Shown: piece by piece, positions 1-10,527 of the stretch
Layout of the letters: every line of letters starts with the position of its first letter
Position numbering within the stretch: the stretch's first letter is position 1
NCBI GenBank assembly: GCA_963677895.2
Contig: CAXXGJ010000002.1
Location: 96,001 to 160,000 of the forward strand
Length of the DNA stretch: 64,000 nucleotides
Direction: 5' to 3'
Source: Treponemataceae bacterium
Lineage (GTDB): Bacteria > Spirochaetota > Spirochaetia > Treponematales > Rectinemataceae
The notes under the pieces: model-generated
The model's input: only the letters and a program-made list of their open reading frames with translations
Database searches by the model: none
Told to the model about the DNA's origin: nothing
Made by a program: the position numbers and the translations under genes

Positions 1-2
1 TT

Positions 3-578
3 TGCGCTTCCATTGCCCTGGAGGGCGCGCCCGACGGAGATGCGCCTCGGGAAGATGTACTTGGAAGCGGCGCGCCCTCCGGGGATGCGCCTGAAGGGCG
101 CGCGGCGCTACCGCGCATACTTACCTCGAAGTGCGATGTCGATCCGGAATGGAGTTTCCACGCCCTCATCCCGCCCTTCGAACTTTCCACGCGGAAGGCG
201 AGGGCCGCCCTGCCCGCCTTCCTGCCCCGGGCCGACGCGGTCTTCAATCTGGGCAGGGCGGCACTCCTCGCCCTCGCCTTCGAGAAAAAGAATGTGGCTA
301 TGCTCGGCGCGGCCTGCGGCGACAGGATACATCAGCCTTACCGCAAAGCCCTGATTCCCGGATACGATGCCGTGACGGAAGCCTGTCGCGAGGCGGGCGC
401 CGACGCGTTTTGGCTGTCGGGCGCCGGACCCACGATCCTCGCGCTCACGGCGGGCAAGGAAAACGGCCTGCGTTTCGCCCGGATGATGGCGCCCGTCCTC
501 GCGTCGCGGATCGAAGGTCCCTGGGCGCACGAAATCCTGTCTTCCGATCCCGAAGGCCTGAGCTGTCGATTTGATTGA
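3..578 (+). CDS. thrB: Homoserine kinase, C-terminal part (5' truncated by window edge)
   Basis: Open frame from nt 3: PPFELSTRKARAALP, ADAVFNLGRAALL, DRIHQPYR, LSGAGPT are GHMP/ThrB motifs. Confidence 0.88.
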   Translation, partial: CASIALEGAPDGDAPREDVLGSGAPSGDAPEGRAALPRILTSKCDVDPEWSFHALIPPFELSTRKARAALPAFLPRADAVFNLGRAALLALAFEKKNVAMLGAACGDRIHQPYRKALIPGYDAVTEACREAGADAFWLSGAGPTILALTAGKENGLRFARMMAPVLASRIEGPWAHEILSSDPEGLSCRFD

Positions 579-631
579 GATGGTCTGAATGAGATGAGAA
601 GCGCTTCCGTACGGCGCGCGAGGAGAAGTTC

Positions 632-1411
632 ATGAAGAAAATGCCTTCGCTGTTCGTGGGTCACGGCTCGCCGATGAACGCGGTCGCCCATAATTCCTAT
701 ACCGAAGCCTTGGGCTCCTTGGCGGCGGCCTTGCCCGCTCCCCGCGGCATCCTGGTCGTATCAGCCCACTGGGTGACGCCGGGACTGCGGGTCACTTCCT
801 CCCCCTCGCCCAGGCAGATCTACGATTTCTTCGGCTTTCCCGATGAATTATACAAAATTCAATACGAAACCAAGGGGAGTCCCGAACTCGCCGCGAGGAC
901 GGCGGAGCTCCTCGTCCGGGCGGGATTTCCCTGCGCGGAAGATCCGGCCCGCGGCATCGACCATGCCGCCTGGGCGGTGCTTCTTCACATGTACCCCAAG
1001 GCCGATATCCCCGTGGTCGAAATGAGTCTGGACTATAAAATGAGAGCCGGACACTGGTTCGAGATAGGCGCGGCGCTGGCCGCCCTGCGGGAGGAAGGCT
1101 TTCTCGTCATGGGAAGCGGAAATGTTGTCCACAACCTGTACCGTTTCGAAGCCGCGATCGACGCGAAGCCCTATCCCTGGGCCTTGAAATTCAACGATAC
1201 GGTGAAGGCCGCCGTCGCCGGAAACGATAGAGCCCGGCTTTCTTCATTCGCGCTGCCCGTGGAAGAATCGCGCGATGCCGTGCCTACGCCCGAACATTAT
1301 CTGCCGCTCCTGCCTGTGCTCGGCAGCATGGGTGAGGGGGAAAAGGCTTCGATATTCCACGAATCCATCCAGAACGCCAGCATCGCGATGACGGGCTTTT
1401 CGATCGGATAG
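632..1411 (+). CDS. ygiD: DODA-type extradiol ring-cleavage dioxygenase (LigB family, YgiD-like)
   Basis: FVGHGSPM, SAHW, YDFFGFP, GIDHAAW, GSGNVVHNL, PTPEHYLPL; SD aggag upstream. Confidence 0.88.
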   Translation: MKKMPSLFVGHGSPMNAVAHNSYTEALGSLAAALPAPRGILVVSAHWVTPGLRVTSSPSPRQIYDFFGFPDELYKIQYETKGSPELAARTAELLVRAGFPCAEDPARGIDHAAWAVLLHMYPKADIPVVEMSLDYKMRAGHWFEIGAALAALREEGFLVMGSGNVVHNLYRFEAAIDAKPYPWALKFNDTVKAAVAGNDRARLSSFALPVEESRDAVPTPEHYLPLLPVLGSMGEGEKASIFHESIQNASIAMTGFSIG

Positions 1412-1419
1412 GGGGAGCG

Positions 1420-2133
1420 CTATTTCCTCACGATGACGACGCAGCGTTCCTCGTCGAGGAATGGAACCCAGATCGGCTTGACCTCGGCTCTCGAGAATGG
1501 TCCCGCGAGAAGGGGATCGGTCGCGAGGGCTGCCATCTCCATTTTCGCGTTGAACTGCTTGCCTTTATAGGCGAAAAGGGCGCCGCCTGGAGCCAGGTTT
1601 TTCCATATCGACTTGAAGAGTTTCAGCTCGGTAAAAGGCCTGAAAGCTCTGAATATCACGATGTCCTGGGGGCCTGGCGCCCGTTCGATCTCGCTTTCGA
1701 CGATTTCCACGTTTCCCAGCGAGAGGATTGCCTTCTGGCTTTCGAGAAAGGATATGCGCTTTCCCATGCGCTCGACGAGACGGATCTTCCTCTCCGGCAT
1801 GATGATGCTCAAGGGAATGCCGGGAAGACCCGCCCCGGTTCCTATATCGCTCAACGTCGCCGCGCGGCCTTGGGACTTGTTCTCGGGCGAGTTGTCGCAC
1901 TCTTGGAGCAGGTCCTCAAGGAGGCGCCAGGGCGCGAGACTGTCCAGGATATGCTTTATGACGAGCTCGTCTCCCGAGGAGTTCACGAGTCCGTAGGCGG
2001 GATTCCAGGTTTCGATCTCTCCGATATAGCGTAAAAGCGTCTCCGCTTTCTTGTCGTTGCCGTCGAGGCCGAGGATGGCGAGTCCCCTGACAAGAAGCGA
2101 CTGTGGATCGTTCATAATCTCCATTGTAATCAT
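1420..2133 (-). CDS. rsmG: 16S rRNA m7G527 methyltransferase
   Basis: HILDSL, DIGTGAGLPGIPL, RAF, YKG, ERCVV motifs. Confidence 0.92.
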   Translation of the reverse strand: MITMEIMNDPQSLLVRGLAILGLDGNDKKAETLLRYIGEIETWNPAYGLVNSSGDELVIKHILDSLAPWRLLEDLLQECDNSPENKSQGRAATLSDIGTGAGLPGIPLSIIMPERKIRLVERMGKRISFLESQKAILSLGNVEIVESEIERAPGPQDIVIFRAFRPFTELKLFKSIWKNLAPGGALFAYKGKQFNAKMEMAALATDPLLAGPFSRAEVKPIWVPFLDEERCVVIVRK

Positions 2134-2166
2134 TTGCCCGATTTTATTCCATTCCGGCGGGGAGGA

Positions 2167-2196
2167 TTGACAAAGTGAGGTCGTTTTCCCGATACT
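2167..2196 (+). promoter_or_regulatory. Sigma70-type promoter of pyrG
   Basis: TTGACA (2167-2172), 18-nt spacer, GATACT (2191-2196); ATG at 2205. Confidence 0.6.
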
Positions 2197-2204
2197 GAAA
2201 TCCC

Positions 2205-3824
2205 ATGAAGAAGCTAGTATTTGTCACTGGCGGGGTCTGCTCTTCATTGGGCAAAGGCATCGCGGCCTCGTCGATCGGCGCTCTCATGGAATCTCGCGGC
2301 TTTACCGTCCGTATGGTAAAGATCGATCCCTACCTGAACGTGGATGCCGGGACGATGAGTCCCTACCAGCACGGCGAGGTGTACGTCACCGACGACGGCG
2401 CCGAAACCGACCTGGACCTCGGCAATTACGGAAGGTTCACGTCAGCTCCCCTATCACGCATCAACTCCATCACGACGGGCCAAGTCTACAAGACCGTCAT
2501 CGAAAAGGAACGCGCGGGCGATTTTCTCGGCCGCACGGTCCAGGTCATTCCCCATATAACCGACGAGATAAAGCGCCGCGTCCTCGCCGTGGCCGAAAGC
2601 CCCGATGTCGACATGACCATCGTCGAGATCGGCGGAACAGTGGGCGACATGGAATCGGTGCCTTTCCTGGAGGCCGCACGCCAGCTCATCCACGAATTCG
2701 GCAAGCAGAACGCCATCTCCGTCCACGTCACCCTCGTTCCCTCCGTCTCGGGAGGGGAGATAAAAACCAAACCCACCCAGCACGCCGTCAAGGAACTGCA
2801 GGAAATGGGAATCCAGCCGGACGTGGTCATCCTGCGCTCCAAAGAACCGCTGGACGAGGGCATCCGCCGCAAGATCTCGTCCTTTACCAACGTCGAATTC
2901 GAGGGCGTGATCTCCGGCTACGATGTCTCGACGATCTACGAACTGCCCCTGGTCTACTACCAGTCGGGCATCGATGCCTTCATCCTGAAAAAGATGAACG
3001 TGGAAAGCAGGCACGCCGAACTTTCGGCCTGGAAACAGGTCGTGGAGAAGGTGAAGAAGCCGGCGGCGCAGGTGCGCATCGGCGTGGTGGGCAAGTACAT
3101 GGAGCTTCACGACGCCTACAAGTCAGTCTGGGAAGCCCTTGGCCATGGCGGCATCGCCAACAACGCCGGCGTCGAGATCGTCAAGATCGACTCGGGAAGC
3201 CTGGAAGGACCCGACGCGAAGCTGGACGACATATTCGCCTCGATCGACGGCATTCTGGTGCCCGGTGGTTTCGGCGAACGCGGCATCGAAGGCATGATCG
3301 TCGCCGCCCGCTATGCCCGGGAGCACAAGCTTCCCTATTTCGGCATTTGCCTCGGCATGCAGATCATGGTGATAGAGTATGCCCGCAACGTGCTGGGATG
3401 GACCGACGCCCACTCCACCGAGTTCAGCAAATCGTCGAAATATCCTGTCGTAGCCCTTCTCGAGGAGCAGATCGACGTAAAAGCCTACGGCGGCACGATG
3501 CGTCTGGGGGCGAGCGAGTCGCTGACGAAGGCTGACACGGCTATACGCAGGGCTTATGGCGCCGAACATATCCTCGAGCGGCACAGGCACCGATACGAGG
3601 TGGCCAACGCTTTCAGGAAGGACCTGGAGAAGGCGGGGCTCGTCATAGCCGCGACGACGCCGGACGATAGTCTCGTGGAAGCCTGCGAGTGGCCGAACCA
3701 CCCATGGGGCCTGGGCGTCCAGTTCCATCCCGAGTTCAAGTCGAGGCCCACGAAAGCTCACCCGATCTTCAGGGCTTTCATCACCGAGTGCGCCGCGATG
3801 GCGAAAGCTCGTCAAGCACGCTAA
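2205..3824 (+). CDS. pyrG: CTP synthase
   Basis: [60 protein letters not shown]. Confidence 0.99.
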   Translation: MKKLVFVTGGVCSSLGKGIAASSIGALMESRGFTVRMVKIDPYLNVDAGTMSPYQHGEVYVTDDGAETDLDLGNYGRFTSAPLSRINSITTGQVYKTVIEKERAGDFLGRTVQVIPHITDEIKRRVLAVAESPDVDMTIVEIGGTVGDMESVPFLEAARQLIHEFGKQNAISVHVTLVPSVSGGEIKTKPTQHAVKELQEMGIQPDVVILRSKEPLDEGIRRKISSFTNVEFEGVISGYDVSTIYELPLVYYQSGIDAFILKKMNVESRHAELSAWKQVVEKVKKPAAQVRIGVVGKYMELHDAYKSVWEALGHGGIANNAGVEIVKIDSGSLEGPDAKLDDIFASIDGILVPGGFGERGIEGMIVAARYAREHKLPYFGICLGMQIMVIEYARNVLGWTDAHSTEFSKSSKYPVVALLEEQIDVKAYGGTMRLGASESLTKADTAIRRAYGAEHILERHRHRYEVANAFRKDLEKAGLVIAATTPDDSLVEACEWPNHPWGLGVQFHPEFKSRPTKAHPIFRAFITECAAMAKARQAR

Positions 3825-3884
3825 TAGCGTGTTGACGTTCGCCAAACGCGCTCATAAGCGCTTTGGCGCTCGGCGGGCTTTGTA

Positions 3885-3913
3885 TTGACAGGGCGACGGC
3901 CCCAAACCATACT
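3885..3913 (+). promoter_or_regulatory. Sigma70-type promoter of lptCAB
   Basis: TTGACA-17 nt-CATACT. Confidence 0.6.
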
Positions 3914-3922
3914 CAACACGCG

Positions 3923-4558
3923 ATGCGAAGCGAAAATCAGCGCGAAAAAACCTCATCGGCCGCCGATGCCCCTTCGGCAAGGGGCCCGGCGAGGGCGGGC
4001 ATATGCGCCCTGATCCTGGCTTTCGCCATGATGACGCTGGCCGCCTCCTGCTCGATGTCCGAAGCCGAGGCCGCGCTCGCGTTGAAAGAAGACGAACCCG
4101 ATGCCACTTTCCTGGGCTTCAGCCGCGAGGAGGTGGAGAACGGGGTAGTGACTTTTTCGGCGAAAGCCGAACGCGCCGAGTATTTTCAGGATAGGGGCCT
4201 TTTCGTCATCTACAACATTGTTTTCGAGGACAGAGGCCCGGAAGGCGGAAGCGCGGAAGCTACCGGCGAGGCCGGCAAAGCCGTCTACTACGAAGATACG
4301 GGCAACGCCGAATTCTCTGGCTTCGTCCAGATTTACTCTCCCGAAGAAGATACCTATTTCGAGACAAGCGGACTCAACTACTTTTCTGCCACGAGGACGA
4401 TCGAAGGGCTGCCTGACAATCCGGTCATCGTGAAGGTCGGGGAAAAGCTCTTCATCCAGGGAATGGGCTTTTTCGCCGATATACAGGAAAAGGCTTTTTC
4501 CTTTCGCGATGGGGCGCAGGGCGTCTTCCACGTGGATTCCGCCGCCGGTTCACAGTAA
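3923..4558 (+). CDS. lptC: LptC-like LPS export periplasmic protein
   Basis: Hydrophobic N-terminus ending in AASC, beta-jellyroll-like sequence, position upstream of lptA/lptB; start uncertain. Confidence 0.65.
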   Translation: MRSENQREKTSSAADAPSARGPARAGICALILAFAMMTLAASCSMSEAEAALALKEDEPDATFLGFSREEVENGVVTFSAKAERAEYFQDRGLFVIYNIVFEDRGPEGGSAEATGEAGKAVYYEDTGNAEFSGFVQIYSPEEDTYFETSGLNYFSATRTIEGLPDNPVIVKVGEKLFIQGMGFFADIQEKAFSFRDGAQGVFHVDSAAGSQ

Positions 4559-4569
4559 GGAGAAGAACG

Positions 4570-5340
4570 ATGAGGTTTCATGACATAGATACGGGCCGGG
4601 AACGCCAAGACGCCGCGACGGGTAAAGTTCTTGTTCTGGCTGGCTTGCTCCTCGTGCTTCTGGCCGGTTTTCCGGCATTCGCGCAACAAACGCCAGCGCC
4701 AGCAAAAGCTGACACGCCAGCAATAGTTGGCGCGCCGGTAGCCGCAGGCGAGGCGGGAAGTTCCGACACCATCACCTTCACCGCCCGTCGCATGGAAAGC
4801 GTCATCGCCAAAGGCAAGGAAAAGACGATCCTCATCGGCGGAGCCGTCGTCAACACGGGAACCATGGAAATCAAGGCCGAAAGAATAGAACTCTTCGGCG
4901 TAGACTATAACGATGTCCTCTGCACGGGAACGGTGGTCGTTTTCGACGAGTCCAAGGGCTTCCTCCTCAAATCGGCTACCCTCACGTACGCGCGGGATAC
5001 CGAAATCGGCCTCGCCCAGACGCAGGTGGTGCTGGAAGATTCCAAGAACGACGTTCTCCTCAAGGCCGAGTGGGTGCGTTTCGACCAGAAACAGTCCCTC
5101 GTGGACGCGCGCATCGGCGTCCATATCCTGAAGGAAGATTTCGCCGTAAGGGCTGAATTCGCCCGCTACAACCGAGACGACGAGAGCCTCCAGCTCTCCG
5201 GAACCCCCGTGGCCGTTTCTTCCGATGGGACCATAGCAGCCGACGCGATGTCGGGCAAGACCGACAAGGAAAGCATGCAATTGGACGGACGGGTGAGCGG
5301 CACCATAACGACCAAGAAAAAGGAAGCGACGCAGCCTTGA
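4570..5340 (+). CDS. lptA: LptA/OstA family protein
   Basis: Signal peptide, ITFTARRM...IKAERIEL OstA-like strands, overlaps lptB start. Confidence 0.75.
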   Translation: MRFHDIDTGRERQDAATGKVLVLAGLLLVLLAGFPAFAQQTPAPAKADTPAIVGAPVAAGEAGSSDTITFTARRMESVIAKGKEKTILIGGAVVNTGTMEIKAERIELFGVDYNDVLCTGTVVVFDESKGFLLKSATLTYARDTEIGLAQTQVVLEDSKNDVLLKAEWVRFDQKQSLVDARIGVHILKEDFAVRAEFARYNRDDESLQLSGTPVAVSSDGTIAADAMSGKTDKESMQLDGRVSGTITTKKKEATQP

Positions 5341-6068
5341 ACGATTCCGTCCTCGAAGTGAAGGGACTTCGCAAGCTCTACGGACGCAAGGTGGCGGTGG
5401 CCGACGTGGGATTCTCCATGCGGACTGGGGAAATCGTAGGTCTGCTGGGTCCCAACGGAGCAGGAAAGACCACCGTCTTCTATATGCTCGCCGGCTTTCT
5501 CCATCCTAGCTCCGGAAAAATCGAGCTCGACGGAGCCTCGCTGAACAACTTGTCCATGTACAGGCGGGCGCGGCTGGGCATTTCCTATCTGCCACAGGAA
5601 GCTTCTATTTTTCGCAAGCTTACGGTGGAGGAAAACATCCTCGCCGTCCTGGAGGCGCGATCCGGACTGGATGGCCCCGCCCGCCGCGTCCGAGCGGGGA
5701 TGCTCATGGAAGAGTTCGGCATAGAGAAACTGGCCAGGCAGCCGGGCTACACCCTCTCCGGCGGCGAGCGCCGGCGTACGGAGATCGCGCGCGCCCTGGC
5801 CATCGACCCCAAGTTTCTCCTCCTGGACGAACCTTTTACGGGCATAGATCCCATCGCCATACACGAGATCAAGATAATCGTGCAGAAGCTTTCGGCGGCC
5901 GGCATCGGCGTGCTCCTGACCGACCACAACGTGCGCGACGCGCTGGACATCACCGATCGGTCCTATATCATCCACCTTGGCCGCATCATCGTCTCGGGAG
6001 ACAGGGAATCCATCCTTCACGACGTCGACGCGCGCAATCTCTATTTAGGCGAAGAGTTCCGTATGTGA
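5337..6068 (+). CDS. lptB: LPS export ABC transporter ATP-binding protein
   Basis: GLLGPNGAGKTT, YLPQEASIFRKL, LSGGERRRTEIARAL, DEPFTGIDP, TDHNVR, YLGEEF; TTG start. Confidence 0.95.
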   Translation: MNDSVLEVKGLRKLYGRKVAVADVGFSMRTGEIVGLLGPNGAGKTTVFYMLAGFLHPSSGKIELDGASLNNLSMYRRARLGISYLPQEASIFRKLTVEENILAVLEARSGLDGPARRVRAGMLMEEFGIEKLARQPGYTLSGGERRRTEIARALAIDPKFLLLDEPFTGIDPIAIHEIKIIVQKLSAAGIGVLLTDHNVRDALDITDRSYIIHLGRIIVSGDRESILHDVDARNLYLGEEFRM

Positions 6069-6096
6069 GCACTCTTTTATAACTTTAAAATAAACG

Positions 6097-6125
6097 TTGA
6101 CGTCGAAACCCATACATGTTACATT
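6097..6125 (+). promoter_or_regulatory. Sigma70-type promoter (extended -10) of tatD
   Basis: TTGACG-17 nt-TACATT with TG upstream of the -10. Confidence 0.55.
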
Positions 6126-6173
6126 TAAGTTTGCCCGTACGGGCAAGCCCACCATTTTTTTAACGGAAGACAG

Positions 6174-6953
6174 ATGCGGTATTTTGACACTCATGCCCAC
6201 ATCGGGCTGATTTATGATGACCCGATTGAACAACTTTTAGTTTGCCAGCAGGCGAAGCAGTCCGGCGTAGGCAGAATCATAAGCATCTGCAACAGTCTCG
6301 TTGACTTCAAACAGGTTTATGAAAACCTTAAGCCCGCCGAACATGTCTACCATGCCGTAGGCGTTTCTCCTTCCGAGGTGCAGAGCCCCGGCAAGGACTG
6401 GCAGTCCACCATCGAAGAAGCGGTCAAGCTGCCTCGCGTCATAGCGATAGGGGAAATCGGCCTCGATTATTTCCACAAGTACGGCGACAGGCGCACCCAG
6501 ATAGAACTTTTCATCGATCAGCTCGAAATGGCGGCGCGTCTCGATCTCCCCGTGATCATTCACAACCGCGAGGCGGGAAAAGACGTGCTCGAGGTGCTCC
6601 GCGACAGAATGCCGCCGGCGGGCGCCGTGCTCCACTGCTACTCCGAGGATGCCGAGTACGCCGATCGCGTGCTCTCCGCGGGACTCAATGTCTACTTCTC
6701 TTTCGCGGGAAACCTGACGTACAGGAACGCGAGGAATCTGCACGAGACAGCCTCCATGCTGCCTTTCGACAGGATTCTCGTCGAGAGCGAGGCGCCCTTC
6801 ATGGTCCCCGCCGAATACCGCGGCAAACGCAACAAGCCAGAGTTCCTGCCGTCGACGGTATGGTTCCTCTCCGAGATCCTCCAGATGGCGCCGGAAGAGG
6901 CCGCCGAAACCACCTACCAGAACGCCTGCAGATTCTTCAGGCTTGAACCCTGA
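6174..6953 (+). CDS. tatD: TatD family DNase/hydrolase
   Basis: DTHAH, AIGEIGLDY, IIHNREA, LHCYS, ILVESEAPF. Confidence 0.92.
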   Translation: MRYFDTHAHIGLIYDDPIEQLLVCQQAKQSGVGRIISICNSLVDFKQVYENLKPAEHVYHAVGVSPSEVQSPGKDWQSTIEEAVKLPRVIAIGEIGLDYFHKYGDRRTQIELFIDQLEMAARLDLPVIIHNREAGKDVLEVLRDRMPPAGAVLHCYSEDAEYADRVLSAGLNVYFSFAGNLTYRNARNLHETASMLPFDRILVESEAPFMVPAEYRGKRNKPEFLPSTVWFLSEILQMAPEEAAETTYQNACRFFRLEP

Positions 6954-6978
6954 GGATAGGGCGGGGTAGACTGGCGCC

Positions 6979-7998
6979 ATGCTGATTTCCCCGCCCCTTG
7001 AACCCATGAAAGCCTCAGCAAGAACACCCGCTCTCGCGGGTGTTCTTTTAAGAAATCCCTTCTTTCTCGCGCCCGTGGCCGGCTACTCCGACGCCGCTTT
7101 CCGCTCGATCTGCTATGAGCTGGGCGCGGCGCTCTGCTATACCGAGATGGTCAGCTCCGAGGCCCTGACGAGGGATCACCCCAAGACTAAACTTCTGCTG
7201 GAACGGGCCGAAGCCGAGGACAGGTACGCGGTACAGCTTTTCGGGACCAAGCCGGAGGTGCTCGCGCGCGCGGCCGCGATGCTCGGGCCATACAAGCCGC
7301 TCGTCATCGACCTCAACTGCGGCTGCCCCGTGCCCAAGATAGTGCGCACGGGAGCGGGCTCTTCGCTGCTCAAGGATCCCAGGCTCATCGGGAACATCGT
7401 CCGCGCCATGCGCGACGCCATCGACATCCCCATCACGGTCAAGATACGAAAAGGCTGGGACGATTCATCGGTCAATTTTCTGGAAACCGCCGGCGCCGCC
7501 GTCGAGGCGGGGGCGGCAGCCGTCACCCTGCACGCGAGGACGCGGGCTCAGGGCTATTCCGGAAAGGCGGACTGGGCTTCCATCGCTTCTCTCGTCGCCG
7601 CCCTCGCGCCGGCCGGCGTTCCCGTTTTCGGCTCCGGCGACGTGTTCGGCGCGGCCGCCGCCTTCCGCATGCTCGCGGAAACGGGCTGTTCGGGGGTGAT
7701 GGTGGCGCGGGGCGCCATGGGCAATCCCTTCGTGTTCGCCGAAGCCTTGGCCCTATGGGAAGGCAGGGAGAGCCCCTCCTTCACCGATGCCGAGGTGGCA
7801 GAGATCGCCATGAAACACCTGGAACGTTCGGTCCGGTTTCTGGGCGAAAAAACCGCCTGCGTCGAATTCAGGAAGCATTTCTGCGCCTACTCCAAGGGGA
7901 GGCCCAGGGGCGCGGCCCTGCGAGAAAGGGCCGTCCACTGCTCGACGATGGCCGAATTCGGGGAAGTGCTGCGCGAATTTGGGACGAAGGCCGGCTGA
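6979..7998 (+). CDS. dusB: tRNA-dihydrouridine synthase B
   Basis: LAPVAGYSD, YTEMVS, DLNCGCPVPK, TVKIRKG, HARTRAQGYSGKADW, GVMVARGAMGNP. Confidence 0.92.
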   Translation: MLISPPLEPMKASARTPALAGVLLRNPFFLAPVAGYSDAAFRSICYELGAALCYTEMVSSEALTRDHPKTKLLLERAEAEDRYAVQLFGTKPEVLARAAAMLGPYKPLVIDLNCGCPVPKIVRTGAGSSLLKDPRLIGNIVRAMRDAIDIPITVKIRKGWDDSSVNFLETAGAAVEAGAAAVTLHARTRAQGYSGKADWASIASLVAALAPAGVPVFGSGDVFGAAAAFRMLAETGCSGVMVARGAMGNPFVFAEALALWEGRESPSFTDAEVAEIAMKHLERSVRFLGEKTACVEFRKHFCAYSKGRPRGAALRERAVHCSTMAEFGEVLREFGTKAG

Positions 7999-8020
7999 GG
8001 CTCGACTAGCGCGATTCGCC

Positions 8021-9394
8021 CTATCGAAGATCGCCTGATCGCAGATCAGGATTCTTGTCGAGATAGGCTTCCAGGCTGGAGGCGAATTCGGCGTCGACGG
8101 GGGATTCGCGCTCTTTGCCGGCCGTCCCGTCCAGCCAAGGCAGGATGAATTCGGTTTTCATCTTGTCCCAGAAGGCCGGAAGGGGTTCGGGCGGGAGGAT
8201 CATGTTTTCGGGCGCGGTGTGGCCCAAAAGATCGGTGTAATAGGACGGAAAAAGCGTCTCCGTGACGGATTGGAGGGATGAGAAGCCGCCGGCTATGCCG
8301 AAGGCGCTCTCCGACAGCCGCAGCGCCCGCGATTTTTCGAGGATTTCCTTCTGATGCTCGGCGTTGAAAAACCAGCGCAGGAATTGTTCGGCCGATTCCT
8401 TGTTGGGCGCGCGCCGGGGGATGCCGGTGTATTTGATGTCTTCTGAAACGGCGAGCCTTTCCTTTTCCGAAAAATACTTATAATCGTATCTGGCTCGGAC
8501 GACGGGCGCCAAGGTGAAATAATCGGCGGAATTCATCGCGGTATAGAGGATCTTCCCCGTTTCGACATTTTTATAGCCGGGGGCGAAGAGGTATTTGAAG
8601 GCGAAGGCATCTTCTTCGGCGATCGAACCGTTCACCGCGCGGATATAATCGCGAAGCAAGGCGACGCCGTTCTGGATGCCGGCGGGATCCCAGGAAATGG
8701 GGAAAGATTCCCCGTCGGAACTTTTGCGGTCTCGCTTAGGCTTGTTTTCGCCGAAAGCGGCTCCGTTCAGTTGTATCCATTGGAACATGAAATCATTATC
8801 CGGCCATCGCGGCGAAAAGCCTATGCGCTTTGCGGCATCAGTGGATGTGCCGTTGAAAATGGCGGCGTATCGCTGGATTTCATCCATGGTGATGATGGAT
8901 CCATCGGCCTGGGGTACGGCCAGATCGTCCAGGCTGTTTTGCCGTCTCGATTCCCTCCCGCTCAGGATGAGAAGAAGGTTGAAGCTTACCGGAACGAGGA
9001 TCTGGCGGTTGTTTTCGACGCCGCCCTCGAGGAGGGTCGGGTAGAATGAACTTTTCGAGAGGACGAGCTCGCCGAAAAGATACTCCAGGGAAAGGAAATA
9101 ATCGTTGAGCGTCCTGGTCCGCAGACTCCGCCCGACGACGATCGAGGGGCCGGGGCGGTTGTCGGCGGAGGCGAGACGGAGGGCTTCGCTCAGCTCATCC
9201 ACGTAATGCACTTCTATGAGGTGGCGGTTTTGGGACGCGTTGAACAGTTCCGCGGCGATGAGCATCTCCGGCGTGTCGGTCCAGAGGACGGCCGGCTTGT
9301 TCTCGAAGAGGGAGCAGGAAGCGGCGAGCAGGCTTGTCATCGCGATAGCGAATCTGAGAAGATGCAATCGCGAGCGTTTCCGTTTAGGCGCCAT
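8021..9394 (-). CDS. Lipoprotein, extracellular solute-binding-protein-like
   Basis: Basic N-terminus + hydrophobic stretch + LAASC lipobox; long ORF with SBP-like composition; start chosen at ATG 9394. Confidence 0.55.
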   Translation of the reverse strand: MAPKRKRSRLHLLRFAIAMTSLLAASCSLFENKPAVLWTDTPEMLIAAELFNASQNRHLIEVHYVDELSEALRLASADNRPGPSIVVGRSLRTRTLNDYFLSLEYLFGELVLSKSSFYPTLLEGGVENNRQILVPVSFNLLLILSGRESRRQNSLDDLAVPQADGSIITMDEIQRYAAIFNGTSTDAAKRIGFSPRWPDNDFMFQWIQLNGAAFGENKPKRDRKSSDGESFPISWDPAGIQNGVALLRDYIRAVNGSIAEEDAFAFKYLFAPGYKNVETGKILYTAMNSADYFTLAPVVRARYDYKYFSEKERLAVSEDIKYTGIPRRAPNKESAEQFLRWFFNAEHQKEILEKSRALRLSESAFGIAGGFSSLQSVTETLFPSYYTDLLGHTAPENMILPPEPLPAFWDKMKTEFILPWLDGTAGKERESPVDAEFASSLEAYLDKNPDLRSGDLR

Positions 9395-9462
9395 GGTTCG
9401 ACGATATAATGTCAGGCGGGGTAATGGCAAGCGATTCGCGGAGTTTACCATTCGGAGCGTCC

Positions 9463-10425
9463 ATGGTTTCCAGATTCAACCGTCACGCCGATCGCCTCGT
9501 CGAACGCCATGGGGAAAAAGTATGGCGGCTCGGCGTAGACGCGGGATTCACCTGCCCTCATCGCGAGGCGGGGAGGGGAAGGGGCGGTTGCGCCTTCTGT
9601 TCACCGGAAGCGGGGCTGGCTACCTACCAGCACGAAGGCCTTCGCGTAGTCACCGATCTCGAGGAACAGATCGGGCGGGCGGTAGGATTCACGAGGAGCC
9701 GCTACGAAGCCAGGCTTTTCTTCCTTTATTTTCAGGCATATTCCTGCACGAATCTCCCTCCGGACGAGCTGAGGCTGGTCTACGATCGGGCTATAACGAT
9801 CCTGGAGGGCATAGCGCCCGGCTCGCTCCGCGGCATCGTGGTATCGACGCGCCCCGACTGTTTCGATGAGGAAAAGGCGGCGCTTCTGGCCTCCTACGCG
9901 GCATCGGGGCTGGAGGTCTGGCTGGAATTCGGCCTGCAGAGCTCGAACGACGAAACGCTGCGCCGCATCCACCGGGGGCACCTCGCGCGCGACTACGCCG
10001 AAGCCATGGCAATCGCCGGCGCGGCCGGCCTTCGCCGTGCCGTCCATGTCATGCTTGGCCTGCCGGGCGAGGGGCGTCGGCAGATGCTCGACACCATCGA
10101 ATTCGTGGCCGCCTGCGGCGGCGAAGGCATCAAATTCCACGACCTCAGGCTCGCCATCGGATCGCCCCTCGCCCATGCCTATCCGGCCGGCGAGTTCGCC
10201 CCCCTTCATCCTTCGCGGCTTCCCGGCCTTCTGGCGGACTGCCTGGAAATCCTGCCCCCCGGATTCGAAGTGATGCGCCTCTCCGCCGACTTCAGACCGG
10301 GCGAGGCCATCGATATCTTCCCCGCCACCGAAAAGACGCGGCTCTATATGGCCGTGGAAGCGGAATTGCGTCGCCGAGGCACGCGGCAGGGCTTCCTGAA
10401 GATTGAGCCTCCACAAAAGTCTTGA
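9463..10425 (+). CDS. TIGR01212/YhcC-family radical SAM protein
   Basis: DAGFTCPHR...GGCAFC, YFQAYSCT, STRPDC, EFGLQS, HVMLGLPGE. Confidence 0.88.
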   Translation: MVSRFNRHADRLVERHGEKVWRLGVDAGFTCPHREAGRGRGGCAFCSPEAGLATYQHEGLRVVTDLEEQIGRAVGFTRSRYEARLFFLYFQAYSCTNLPPDELRLVYDRAITILEGIAPGSLRGIVVSTRPDCFDEEKAALLASYAASGLEVWLEFGLQSSNDETLRRIHRGHLARDYAEAMAIAGAAGLRRAVHVMLGLPGEGRRQMLDTIEFVAACGGEGIKFHDLRLAIGSPLAHAYPAGEFAPLHPSRLPGLLADCLEILPPGFEVMRLSADFRPGEAIDIFPATEKTRLYMAVEAELRRRGTRQGFLKIEPPQKS

Positions 10426-10527
10426 GTTAACAATAAATTAACTTGCGTTCTCTTCCCCCCGGGAGCATACTTATCAACGGTTCCGCGCATAGCACGCGGA
10501 AATTGTAAAAACGGCGCAGGAGGAGAT

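Noticed and set aside
4525..4538. cttccacgtggatt as a parS site
   Set aside because: Only the core matches; outer GTT/AAC arms are missing and it lies within lptC.
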